Part shown: in pieces, positions 1-11,800 of the stretch
Position numbering within the stretch: the stretch's first letter is position 1
Layout of the letters: each line of letters opens with the position of its first letter
DNA from: Octopus sinensis
Lineage: Eukaryota
NCBI RefSeq assembly: GCF_006345805.1
Contig: NC_043020.1
Coordinates: forward strand, 21,142,001-21,206,000
DNA: 64,000 bases
Direction: 5' to 3'
The notes under the pieces: generated by a model
What the model was told of the DNA's origin: nothing
The model's database searches: none
The model's input: the letters and a program-made list of their open reading frames with translations, nothing else
Made by a program: the position numbers and the translations under genes

Positions 1-2044
1 CTATACATAAATCTCTTCAGGGAGGATATAAAAAACAGTACTCATCAAATAGACATTTTAACAGATATATGAAGCTTCAGAAAATGTGACGTATATATAT
101 GCATATGCAAACATGCACACATATATGCAACATGTGTTTAGATTAAACATATATTTTTTACAAATATTACATATATACATATAAACACACACATTGATAC
201 ATACATATATATGCACATACATACATGCATACGCAAACCCATATATATATATACACATATATACATATACACCAACACCATATGAGACTAGGTTTTTCCA
301 ACACCTACAATATTTTACAAATTGTAGCATCACATAACAGCTGTGTTCTAAGAGGTTACAGTGTCTCTCCTAATAACCCTAGCAACTTTAATTAAGTTTA
401 CAATAATATTAACGATAATCTCTCCTTAAATCATAATATCAATGAAACTAAGCCTTGCAATTGTGGTCCTCATATAGTCTGTGTCCGAAATGGAAACTGG
501 AGAATTAAGAATGCCATGTACCAGTACAAGATTACCTCTTGTAACAAGGAATATTTTTATATAGGATTCTCCTCTACAGAACTGAAATTGAGACTGGCTA
601 ACCATTTCTCTACCTTCAAATACAATCGTAAGTGTAATTCCACAGGGCTTAGTAAACTAATCTGGCACCTTAAGGACTCTAACAAGCTTTTTTCTTTAGG
701 CTGGAAAATTTTATTTTCATCATTTCCCTATGACAAAGGGAAACCTTTGCACAGAGGAACAAAATTTACAATACTGTTTTCCAAACATAATCTGGTGAAC
801 ACATTTATGGAGTGAGTTTACAGATGTAAATACTGGAAAAAACACACCTTCGTTCTTTTTTCAAATAGTATCTACCTAACAATAATTTCTGCAAATTATC
901 CTTTATGTTTTCTTTATTATTTATCCTTACTTCCAATAACCTTTATTCCTCCATTCATTTTTTTCCCATCTTTTATAAAATCCAATTTTGCCCGCTCCTC
1001 TCCCTCACTCTCTTTTAACTTTGTTTTAATTTTTCCCCCCTCCCTATTCACCTATGCCTTCTCTTCTCTTACCTTATGAAGTATATTTCCTTAATGGCAT
1101 TTTCAAATTTTAGCATTCCCTTCAATACTTAGCTTTCCATATATGTATATGCGTGTTTATCTGGTTTTGTCCCTGTATGTATGCTATGTTAGTGCTATGT
1201 GTGTATGTGCTTATCTAAGCATATGTCAGTGTATGTAAGTATGCGTTTAGATGTATTGCGTTTTTTTTTGGATGTGTATGCTCCTGTATGTGTAAGTGTA
1301 CTTATGTATGTAAGTACGTAGTCATATATGTCTATTAATGTTAGCATATGTATATATGTATATGTTGTGAGTATATATATGTGTGTAGATGTGTTTGTAT
1401 GTATGTGTGTATGCATGTGTGTATGTATATATGTGTATGTTTGTGTGTATATGTATATATATATATATATATATGTGTATATATATATCAGCATATACAT
1501 GAGCATGGCCACAGCTCTGAGCTGGAACCAAAAAAAATGTATATGTACATATATTTATGTGTGGATGTATATATATGTACATGCGTATATGTGCCCTTCT
1601 ACACGTGTATGTGTATAAATGTATATATAGAAATATATATGTTTGTATGGGTATATGTATGTATATATGTATCCATATGTATGTGTGTGTGTGTATATGT
1701 ATATATATATGTATATATATATATATGTATATATATATATGTATATATATATATATGTGTGTATGTATGTATGTGCATATGTATATATGTATATATATAT
1801 ATATATAATAAAATATTAGGGAATAAATCCAAACTTACAGGGAAAAAATCAGATTTAGGATTAATTCCAATTTTATAGTATAAATATATTATATTATATT
1901 ATATTATATTAAATTAGAGATAAAACCACTATTAGGCAAATCAAACAGTGAAAAACATAAGCCAATACATAAAATTAATTTAATTTATATTATTTTAAAT
2001 ATATATCAAAAGTATTAAAAGTTTAATAAAAGATAAAGAGTAAA

Positions 2045-2138
2045 ACACTACGATCGTTTCATGGCTGTACAATTCGAATAACAATAATTTAAATTCAATT
2101 AATAATTCGAGTTATGGTTACAGTCAATCTTCAGGTTA
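2045..2138 (-). ncRNA. Type I hammerhead ribozyme motif (long stem II, weak stem I)
   Basis: Minus strand: CTGAAGA-TTGACTGTA...TACAGCCAT-GAAAC-GATC-GTA, with palindromic stem III ACGATCGT. Confidence 0.6.
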
Positions 2139-2999
2139 ATTGAAATATCTAAAAAATAATCAGAAATATTTAAACAATATTTTTAAGATATAAATAATAT
2201 AATAATATTACTTATAATAAACTCTATTATCAAACTAGAAACATAAAACTTAACAATTATGATTATATCAAAATCGACTATAATGTTAAATATTAATTTT
2301 AATTTATAAGGTAGGAAACCCACCAATTATCTAATATCGGTATTAATCTATATCTAATTACATAAATATTTAAAAATGACTATTATAAATAAATTATCAA
2401 TGAAAATATATAAATGTATATAAATATTATAATTAAGATCTAAAATAATCTCTATAAATAAATATATATGCACATATAATAAAAACCTAATAAATTAATT
2501 TTTCATATTTAAAGATGAAATAGCTAATTTCAAAATACAAATAAACAAACTTAAACGAACTTTCGGAAATCTTATGTAAAATACTTATAGAAATAATCAA
2601 TTCGTAGTAATATAGTATCGAATAAATACTATAAATACTAATTACTAAACCTCACTAAGATAAGTATTTATTTATTTATATTTAAGATCTTCAAATTGTA
2701 AATTTTAATATTGTATAAGTCTTTGGTGTAATAATATTTTCCTTATGTAAATATCGTTGTTTATGTAATGATCTAATTATCGTAATTTTCTATATTATTA
2801 GATATTAAATTTAAGTTTATTCGTAAGATACTACTTAGCGATAGATTTGTTGGTTTATTAGATTATTGGTGGGTTTCCTACCTTATAAATTAAAGTTAAT
2901 ATTTAACATTATAGTCGATTTTGATATAATCATAATTGTTAAGTTTTATGTTTCTAGTTTGATAATAGAGTTTATTATAAGTAATATTATTATATTATT

Positions 3000-3419
3000 A
3001 TAAGCGGGACCAGCCATCTGAATGTGGCTAGGGACAGGGCGGGGTGGTGGGGGTGTTACTGATGCATTTAGCCCCAGGCGACTAAAGACGTCACCAGGAG
3101 AGCCGACACCATCACGGTGTCCTTGCTAGCCTGTAAAGGGAGATCAGCCTCCCCGAAGATACGGATGCTACACACGGACCGGTTTCGAGGTGGTCGCCTC
3201 TCGTCAGTGCATGGCAAGCACCGGCTGATCTCCCTTTACAGGCTAGCAAGGACACCGTGATGGTGTCGGCTCTCCTGGTGACGTCTATAGTTGCCTGGGG
3301 CTAAATGCATCAGTAACACCCCCACCACCCCGCCCTGTCCCTAGCCACATTCAGATGGCTGGTCCCGCTTATATTACAGAGCAGTTACTGTTTATACCTC
3401 GCTTAGAGATTTATTATTG
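3000..3419. mobile_element. GC-rich fold-back insert (about 150-bp arms) with a hammerhead in the loop
   Basis: Arms 2999-3149 and 3223-3373 are near-perfect inverted repeats. The 13-bp direct repeat TTATTATATTATT at 2987-2999 and 3420-3432 is a candidate TSD. Confidence 0.8.
3171..3213 (-). ncRNA. Minimal type I hammerhead ribozyme motif
   Basis: Minus strand: catgca-CTGACGA-GAGG cgacca CCTC-GAAAC-CG-GTC-cgtgtg. Stem III is the palindrome ACCGGT, the triplet is GUC, and the first stem I pair is an A-C mismatch. Confidence 0.7.
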
Positions 3420-3486
3420 TTATTATATTATTTATATCTTTAAAATATTGTTTAAATATTTCTGATTATTTTTTAGATATTTCAAT

Positions 3487-3580
3487 TAACCTGAAGATTG
3501 ACTGTAACCATAACTCGAATTATTAATTGAATTTAAATTATTGTTATTCGAATTGTACAGCCATGAAACGATCGTAGTGT
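3487..3580 (+). ncRNA. Type I hammerhead ribozyme motif (mirror of 2045-2138)
   Basis: CTGAAGA at 3491, GAAACGATCGTA at 3565-3576, stem II GACTGTA/TACAGCC. Confidence 0.6.
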
Positions 3581-4088
3581 TTTACTCTTTATCTTTTATT
3601 AAACTTTTAATACTTTTGATATATATTTAAAATAATATAAATTAAATTAATTTTATGTATTGGCTTATGTTTTTCATTGTTTGATTTGCCTAATAGTGGT
3701 TTTATCTCTAATTTAATATATATATATATATAATATATATATATATGGGTTTGCATATGCGTGTGCATATGTATGTATATATTAATGTGTGTGTGTTTAT
3801 ATGTATATATGTAATATTAATAAAAATATAATTGTTTATCTTGACATATGTATTGTGTGTGTGCTGGCATATGCATACGTCACATTTTCTGGGTCTTCAT
3901 ATATTTGTTAACTTGTCTATTTGATGGGTACTGTTTTTTATACTTTCCCTGAAGAGATTGATGCATAGCTGACCATTATATATCCTGTCGGACATATTTT
4001 GGTCACATCCATCAATACACATGTAGGAGATATGAAAATATATTTGATTTAATAACACCTTGAGCACTTGTCCCCTTTTTCTATTCTT

Positions 4089-4122
<34 letters not shown>

Positions 4123-4126
<4 letters not shown>

Positions 4127-5390
4127 GCCATCCTATAAATAATGCAGTATTTTTATAATTCTTTTATTTTTTCGAAATTAAGATAAACAAAGTTCTTTTT
4201 TTAATCTAAAATATACTCTCCTTCATTTTCTATGATGCTCTTCCATCTATCTGGCTGACTTGCAAGGCCCCACTTCCAAAATTCACTTGTCCATGTCAAA
4301 AAATACTCCTCCTGTACTGTTCTGACCTCATCTACAGAATTCATATTTTTTCTGTCCAAATGATTTTAAAGACTACAGAATAAATGATAATCAGATGGGG
4401 CAATGTCTGGCAAATATGGTGGGGAAGGGGCATTGTTTCCTATTCAAACTGCTCCAGCTTTTGGAATGTCATCCTCGCTGTATGTGGCCAAGCATTATCC
4501 TGATGGAAGAGCACCTTTTATCTTCTAGCACTGACCTAAGTCACTCACGCTGCTCGCAATAGATCACCTTTGTTATCATTTGGTTTGGGTTTAAAAGTTC
4601 AAAGTGGACAAAACCTTTCATATCCCACCAAACAGATAACAACACCTGACACATGGGTGAAGACCTTCTTTAGGCTTGGGTGCCAGTGTTTCTCCTTTCT
4701 CTACCCACTGTCTTTGCTGCTTGACATTTTTATAGAGAATCCATTTCTCATCATCAGTCACTATTTGGTCCGAAAAAGGTTCATTTGTGAGGTGTGACAG
4801 CAAAGAAGAGCACACATTCACTCTCTGCACGTAATTAGACTCAGAAAGTTTGTGAGCAACCTATTGACCTAATTTGCTGACATTTCTGATGGCATGCAGG
4901 TGTCAATGAATGGTTAAATGATGAAATCCATGCTTCTCTGCTATTCTTCAACAATTACATTGGGATTTTGTTCCACCTGTATTTGCAGGATGTCCACATC
5001 GAGCTCTACAGATCTTCCAAGATAAGGCTCATCTTCTGGGCTGTAGGCTCTGGCTCAGAATTTCTGGAACCACCTTTGACAATGGTTTACACTTATTGTC
5101 CAATCCCTATATACTGCATTAATATCTCTCGCACTTTCCATTGCATTGTTGCCTTTATTGAACTCATAAAGCAAAATATGCCAAATATGCTCCTATGTCA
5201 CTTCCATTATAGCTTTGAAAAAATAACTGTTAAAATCGAACCTCACTCTCCAAAACTTGCACTAAGAATAAGCACAAGGTAAAATTACTACCTGCTTTTA
5301 TAGCAAGTTGATGCAGGTAGTTTATCCTGTCTCCCTCCAACTTTTAGTTTGTGCAATTGAAAACACCGCATTATTTATGGGATGACCCAA
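4123..5390 (-). mobile_element. Full-length but decayed mariner transposon
   Basis: TIRs TTGGGCCATCCTATAAATAATGC / GCATTATTTATGGGATGACCCAA with TA flanks. Minus-strand motifs IVTDDEKW, HQDNA and PPYLPDIAPSDYHLF, with frameshifts and stops. Confidence 0.9.
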
Positions 5391-5391
5391 T

Positions 5392-5430
<39 letters not shown>

Positions 5431-5960
5431 CACAAGTTGTGGTGCACCTGAGCACTGTATACAATAATTTCATTATTATTATTTTTTAATTGCAGCATGG
5501 AAGGTGTTTATAAACCATTTAAATACACAAAAAAAAAACGTTAGATTCACTTCAACATTTAAATTTAATTTGTCAAAATATTTTCATCGTTTTGAAACCG
5601 TGACCTGTTCAACTGACAAAATTCCATGCTGCATCTGAGAAAGTAACAGTTCATGATATGTATGTGTATGTGTGCATGTAAGTATGTGTGTATGCATGTG
5701 CACATGCATATGCATGCACACCTATACGTATGTATGTATGTATGTATGTATGTACGTAAGTATGTATGTATCTATGTACTTATGTATATATGTATGTAAG
5801 TATTTAGGTATGTGTGTAGACATGTCTGTGTGTGTGTATATGTGTATGTACATGTGAACGTATGTTTATGTACTGATATGTGTGTCTGTTCAAGTTGTAT
5901 ATATGAATATTACTCTGTTGAAGTTTGTATGTATATATATATATATATATATATATAAAT

Positions 5961-6481
5961 ATTACATGGAAAAATGCAAGCATGAAAAGTCATATTCTTA
6001 AGATTATAAACCTAGGAAAGTACAGGACAAGTTATTACACCTGTAAAAGTTTAGGACAAACTATTATTTCAAGTAAAGTAAAGAATAAGAAACTTTTTAC
6101 TTAAAATATTGCAGCAAAGAATGCCAGTTCTTCTAATTTATCACTCTTTACAGTTCTCATCTTTGAAATTTATTGTACAAAACTGTTCAGCTAATTTGTA
6201 AGTTTGTCTAATTAGTCACTTTTTTCTGTATTTAAGGCAGTAAATTAGCCAAATTCTACTTAAATAAATATAGTGTTATTTGTAAACTATAATAAAATAA
6301 GTTTTAATATTCAAATTTTAATTTTAGCTGCAATATTTTGAGTAAAAAGTTTCTTATTCTTTACTTTACTAGAAGTAATAGCTTGTCCTATACTTTTACA
6401 GATGTAATAACTTGTCCTGTACTTTTCCAGGATTATAATCTTAAGAATATGACTTTCCATGCTTGCATTTTTCCATGTAAT
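5961..6481. repeat. Fold-back element (about 155-bp inverted arms) next to (TA)n
   Basis: 5961-6115 is the reverse complement of 6328-6481, with scattered mismatches. Confidence 0.8.
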
Positions 6482-7461
6482 CCATGATTTTTCCTGACAT
6501 TGCTGTTATAAGATAATTAATAATGTGTCAATTAATACTTTAAGGTTTTACCTTATAAAATACTGAAAGATAATATTTCAATTTTTTTCGTGTTTAATTT
6601 AAATATATGTTGTGATTGAATTATTTGATATTACTCATCCACACCAAATTGATGGCAAGGATTTTTACCATGTTGTTGGTTGCACCATGGCTCACCAAAA
6701 GTTACAAACAACAAGACTCCAAAACCATCAGTTACCAGGCTCACCTTAAGTAACCTAATTTTGCAATATTAGGAGGTCACAGGAATTCATTCAACAAAAA
6801 AAAAATTTCCAATGATTCCAGGATTGGTTTTTCCCAAACCAAAAATAAGGGATTTGCTGCATATTAGGAGTTCAGGGCACTTGATTCCATGCAAAAAATC
6901 CAATTTTTTCTCAGTGAAAATCGTGCGGGTGTTAATATAGAAATTGCCCATAATGTTGTTGTTATTTAGCCTCAAATAAACCCTGATACTGCAAACGTAT
7001 CATCAAAGACATTCCAGCCTTCAGCAAACCGTCTTTTAATCTAGGACATTACATACAATGGGCATGTGATTTAGGTAGGGGGATACTTTGGCTGCTATTT
7101 TTATCATGTTGAGCGACTAGGTAGAGGCTCTTCCATTGGTTCAATTGCATGATGAGACTTTTTTACACATACGTGTAATATGTATATATATCATCAGCAG
7201 AAGTTAGAGAGTAAGTCAAAAGCTAAAAGTTTCGTGTATTGGCACTTATCAAACATGAATTTCTCCATTGTCACTCTGTAACTTGTGACAAAGTAACTTC
7301 TAAAATACAAAATTTTGTCAAAAACATTAAGAGTAAAGCCTGTTCTATGTGACACATTCTACCAGTATTAGAAGTTTGAAAGGTTGACTTTGACGTACAG
7401 ATTATTTCATTAATTTTTTAAACTAAAAATTAACGAAATAATCTGTACGTCAAAGTCAACC

Positions 7462-7740
7462 TCGGCGAAATTTGAACTAAAAAACGTAAAGACAGACAAA
7501 ATACCTATTTCTTTACTACCCACAAGGGGCTAAACACAGAGGGGATAAACAAGGACAGACAAACGGATTAAGTCAATTATATGGACCCCAGTGCGTAACT
7601 GGTACTTATTTAATTGACCCCAAAAGGATGAAGGGCAAAGTCGACCTTGGCGGAATTTGAACCCAGAACGTAGTAGCAGACGAAATACCACTAAGCATTT
7701 CGCCTGGTGTGCTAATGATTCTGCCGGCTCACTGCCTTAG
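7462..7740 (-). mobile_element. SINE-like repeat (related copies at about 29250-29390 and 61710-61830)
   Basis: B-box-like GGTTCAAATTCC on the minus strand and a shared core TAAATAAGTACCAGTT(A/G)CG(C/T)ACTGG in three copies. Confidence 0.65.
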
Positions 7741-8441
7741 AAAATAAACATTCATCTTAGAAATATATTCTCTATTGCTTAACCATTACTCCTTTACTTC
7801 CTTACTTACTGACATGAAATTTCATAACATTTTACTTCATAACTCTTTTTCTACTAATTTTTGTTCAATGTGACTAGCGATTCTGAACTCCTCATGCATT
7901 TTTCTATCATTTAAGCCTAAGAAAGATACACTTTTAGTTTAAAATTAAAAACTTTGTTAATTGAAAATGAATATCTGCTTTACTACCCCCCTTGAGGTCA
8001 CAGATATTTTGATGTAACTTTTTTTTCTACTGAACCAAATCTCAAACTATTTATGCCAAAGTGTAGCTGAGGGGGTGTCCTCTTTAAAATTGTTAACAGT
8101 TTGCAATTTAGTTGAGAACTGAATTAGTGGTGAAGCTTGGAAGCTGCTGCGATTGACGAAATGGTGGACTTAATATATTCAACCACAACCACAGTTGAAT
8201 GCTATTTATATATATATATGTCCCTCTCACCACCGTCTAACAGTGAATGGATACATTGTCTTAGATACATACATGCAAATATAAACTTACTTATACAAAA
8301 GTACAAGCACACACAATCATATAAACACATATACACATACACATATATACGTTTATCCATTACACACATATATGTCACTACTTTCGCAGACAACGGTTAA
8401 AATTCAAAAACTTTTTTTCTTGTATTTTACATATATATGTG

Positions 8442-8770
8442 CAGTGATGGACTGGCCAGGTTGCCAGCTTGCCTGATGGCAAGTGGGCTCCTGCACCATT
8501 AGAATCCATATATGGAGGCCCATGTTTGTATCTAAGGGGCCCATCACCTCAAGTTTGAGAGATTTTTTTCACTCCTGGAAGAATGCATTAATTATTTCAG
8601 CTTGGCTGTGTTTGTAAACAGTTGAAAAGAATACTTTTAGCAAAAACATCAAACGATAGCATTGTAGTTGCGGGTGGGCCCCCTTGTAGTTGCAGGTGAG
8701 GTCCCTTGTAGTAGCAGGTGGGCCCCTTAGTTTCCTGGCAACCACTATTTTTAGACTCAGTCCACCACTA
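8442..8770. mobile_element. hAT-type MITE
   Basis: TIRs CAGTGATGGACTG / CAGTCCACCACTA and an 8-bp TSD TATATGTG (8434-8441, 8771-8778). Confidence 0.75.
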
Positions 8771-8821
8771 TATATGTGCATACATACATATATATATATA
8801 TATATATTTATGCATACATTA

Positions 8822-11800
8822 CATTATGGCTGCCCCCTCGTTATCGAGTATGGCCATTGCATGAAGCTTAACTGTTACTGGTGCTGTGATCGAATGTGGC
8901 TTTTTAGCCCAGCTAAAGATCTACAATGTCTTGTACAGAATTGGCAACTAAAACTTTTACTGGTAATAGCCGGCTGTAGTTGTAACTGGGCTTCATGTAC
9001 CTTTGCATGTCATTTAAGTCCTCCTGCTGAATTACACTCTCTTCCACATGCCCGACAGATATGATTAGTATGGTGTGTTACACCACCTCCAGTGGCCAGG
9101 TTGTCACTCATCTGTCTCACTTTATGACTACGAAGATGACTCTTGAGTCCAGCTTTACTGAGGCAGGGTCTTGCACAGACATTGCATGTCAGCATCATAG
9201 GAAGACCCTTCCCATCTGGAAGTGTAACAGCGATGCCCTTCCTGACATCCTTCCTTACTTTCTCATGAGCAACTCAAGATTTCTCAAAAGTGGCTGTCCT
9301 CTCGTGCACAATCCTTCTCCACCTGCTACGATCAATAGCTATGCCTTCCCATGTGTCAGGAGAGATGCAAGCATCTCTTAAGGAAGCTTTCAGCAAGTCC
9401 TTATACTTCATTTTTGGTTTATGTGGAGGTCGTTCTCCTTTAGCTAACTCTCCATAAAAGAGTTGTTTTGGCATCCTTGAATCCTTCATCCTGACCAGAT
9501 GACCACTCCATCTGAGCCTTTGCTTTAACACAAGAGCTTCTATACTTTCACACCGAGAGCCTTCCAATATTTCAAGATCACTGATGCGGTCCTTCCACTT
9601 AATGCCATAGATCCATCTGAGGCACATCTGATGGAAATGTTCCAGTTGTTTAAGGTGGTATCGATATGTGACCCACATCTCACAGGCATAGAGAAGAGAA
9701 GGGAGCACACATGCCTTGTACATCTTTATCTTTGTCTTTCTGCATATGTCTTGCCGACTCCAGAGGTGCTTTTCTAGCCTTCTGAAAGCAACACTTGCTT
9801 TCCTAATTCTATATGGAATTTCATCATCCAAATTGCTATATCTATTAATAGTGCTTCCCAGGTAGACAAACTGATCAACTACATCAAGTCGTTTACCATA
9901 CACATAGATATTTGGTTCACTATACTGCTTACCAGGGGCAGGTTGATGCATGACAACAGTTTTCTTGAGATTGACTGTCAATCCTAAGGCAGTGCAAGCA
10001 TCAGAGAATGCATTCAAGATGTGTTGCATATCAATCTCTGTGTGCTACTAGCTCACAATCATCTGCATACAAAAGGTTTCTTATGATAGAGGTAAATATC
10101 ATTGTTTTTGCAGCAAAGCGCCTGATATTAAATATGCTACCAGAGGTTTGATAATGGATGTAAACACCATATCTGCAGTTTCTGAATGCAATACAGAACA
10201 CCATCGCAAAATATATGGAAAATAGGGTCGGTGCCAGAATATCCCCGTTTCACTCCATTTTGTATTGAAATGGGCTCCAACATTTTCCCTACCTTTCATG
10301 TCTTCATGAAAAGACCTAACCAAAGCAAGGAACTTTTCAGGACACCCAAGTTTCTGGAGGACTTTCCACAATGCTTTTCTATTAACAGTATCAAAGGCTT
10401 TTGTCAGATCAACAAAAACCTGATACAAATCCAGAGCCCGTTCCACACACTTCTCTTGAAGCTGTCTAGCTGAAAAGATCATATCAGCAGTGCCACATCC
10501 CACACGAAAGCCAGATTGACTTTCTGGAAGAACACAATCTGCAACATGTTTCAGCAGATGATCCAGAAGTACTCTGCATAAAACCTTTCCTATGACAGAA
10601 AGCAATAATATTCCCCTATAGTTACCACAATCATTCCTGTTGCCCTTTCCCTTATACAAGACCACCATTACTGTATCTCGCCAGTCCTCTGGTACAGATT
10701 CACTCACCCATATCTTACCAAACAAAGAGTGAAGTTTCTGCAGAAGTTTCTCACCACCATGCTGTAACAACTCTGCATGAATGCCATCCATACCCAGAGA
10801 CTTCGCATTATTCAACCTTGAGACAGCCATTGCAACTTCTTCCAACTTTGGTGGTTCCGCGAGTGCTGCCTTCACAGGCAATCCAGGGATGAGATTGAGA
10901 ACATTCTCACTAACTACAGACTGCTGATTCAAAAGTTCATCAAACTGTTCTTGCCACCTTCGCAGAATTCCTTGTGAATCACGAAAAAGTTCTTTACCAT
11001 CCCTGCTTCAAAGTGGTGTCATCAGGGAAGATGTCGGTCCATAAACTTCCCTTTCCTGTGGCTTTGCTGACAAAAAGCGTGACAAAGTACATCTTTTATC
11101 AGCCAATAAATCATCTATATGTTCATCATTTTCTTTAAACCAATCTTGATGCTTTCTTTGTACCAATCCCAGAACTTTCTTGCCTATATCATAAACTGAC
11201 TTTTTAAGGGTCGGCCAATCCTCCCCAATATCTGCAGCATTCATTTCCTCTCGTAAAGTTCTCTTCACACTATTACACCTAAGATGATCAACATTCAGTC
11301 TTTTAGGCAGGGTAATCCCTGCAGCCCGGATTTTATGTTTTGTGACTAATTTCACTTTTGCACGTACTAGGCGATGGTCAGTCCAACACTCAGCTCCACG
11401 AAGAACACAAACACACTGCACATCTTGTCTGTCACGCACCCTTACAAGGATGTAATCCAGAATATGCCATTCTTTAGATGCAGGGTGCATCCATGTAGTC
11501 TTAAACTTATTCTTTTGTTGAAACATGGTATTGGTAACACACAGACGCAGCTCCTCACACATCTGCAGCAAAGGCATGCCATTACTATTACACTTCCCGA
11601 CGCCATGCTTTCCAATTACAGTCCATGTGTTAAAATCCCTACCCACTCTAGCATTAAAGTCACCCAGTACGATGACTTTTTCTGCCCGAGGGATATTTCT
11701 TATAATGCCCTTCAAAGTATGGTAGAAAGAAATTTTTTCGTATTCAGTATAGCACATAGTTGGAGCATACACACTCACCAAGGTCACATAATTTCCTTTA

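Larger units (their letters stand above)
1808..3720 (-). mobile_element. Non-coding AT-rich PLE-type fold-back element with hammerheads
   Basis: 1905-2336 is the reverse complement of 2857-2999 plus 3420-3720. The tail at 1808-1880 matches the tails at 42227-42305 and 48740-48820. It is flanked by (TA)n. Confidence 0.7.
1..4090 (+). mobile_element. 5'-truncated Penelope-like element with a GIY-YIG endonuclease relic and inverted pLTR; it hosts nested insertions
   Basis: ORF 516-815 reads YQYKIT...FYIGFSSTELKLRLANH...STGLSKLIWHLK. Bases 1-250 are an inverted copy of about 3745-3968. The 3' tail ends in (TA)n at 4090. Confidence 0.7.

Noticed and set aside
1195-1878. Many Y/I/M/C/V- or H/T-rich ORFs (also 12841-13119, 41362-43375, 58556-59240)
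   Set aside because: They are translations of (TA)n/(TG)n/(TATG)n microsatellites that simply lack stop codons.
7229-7254. TTGATAA-GTGC-caat-ACAC-GAAAC on the minus strand
   Set aside because: It has two core mismatches and no stem I or III, so it is too decayed to call.
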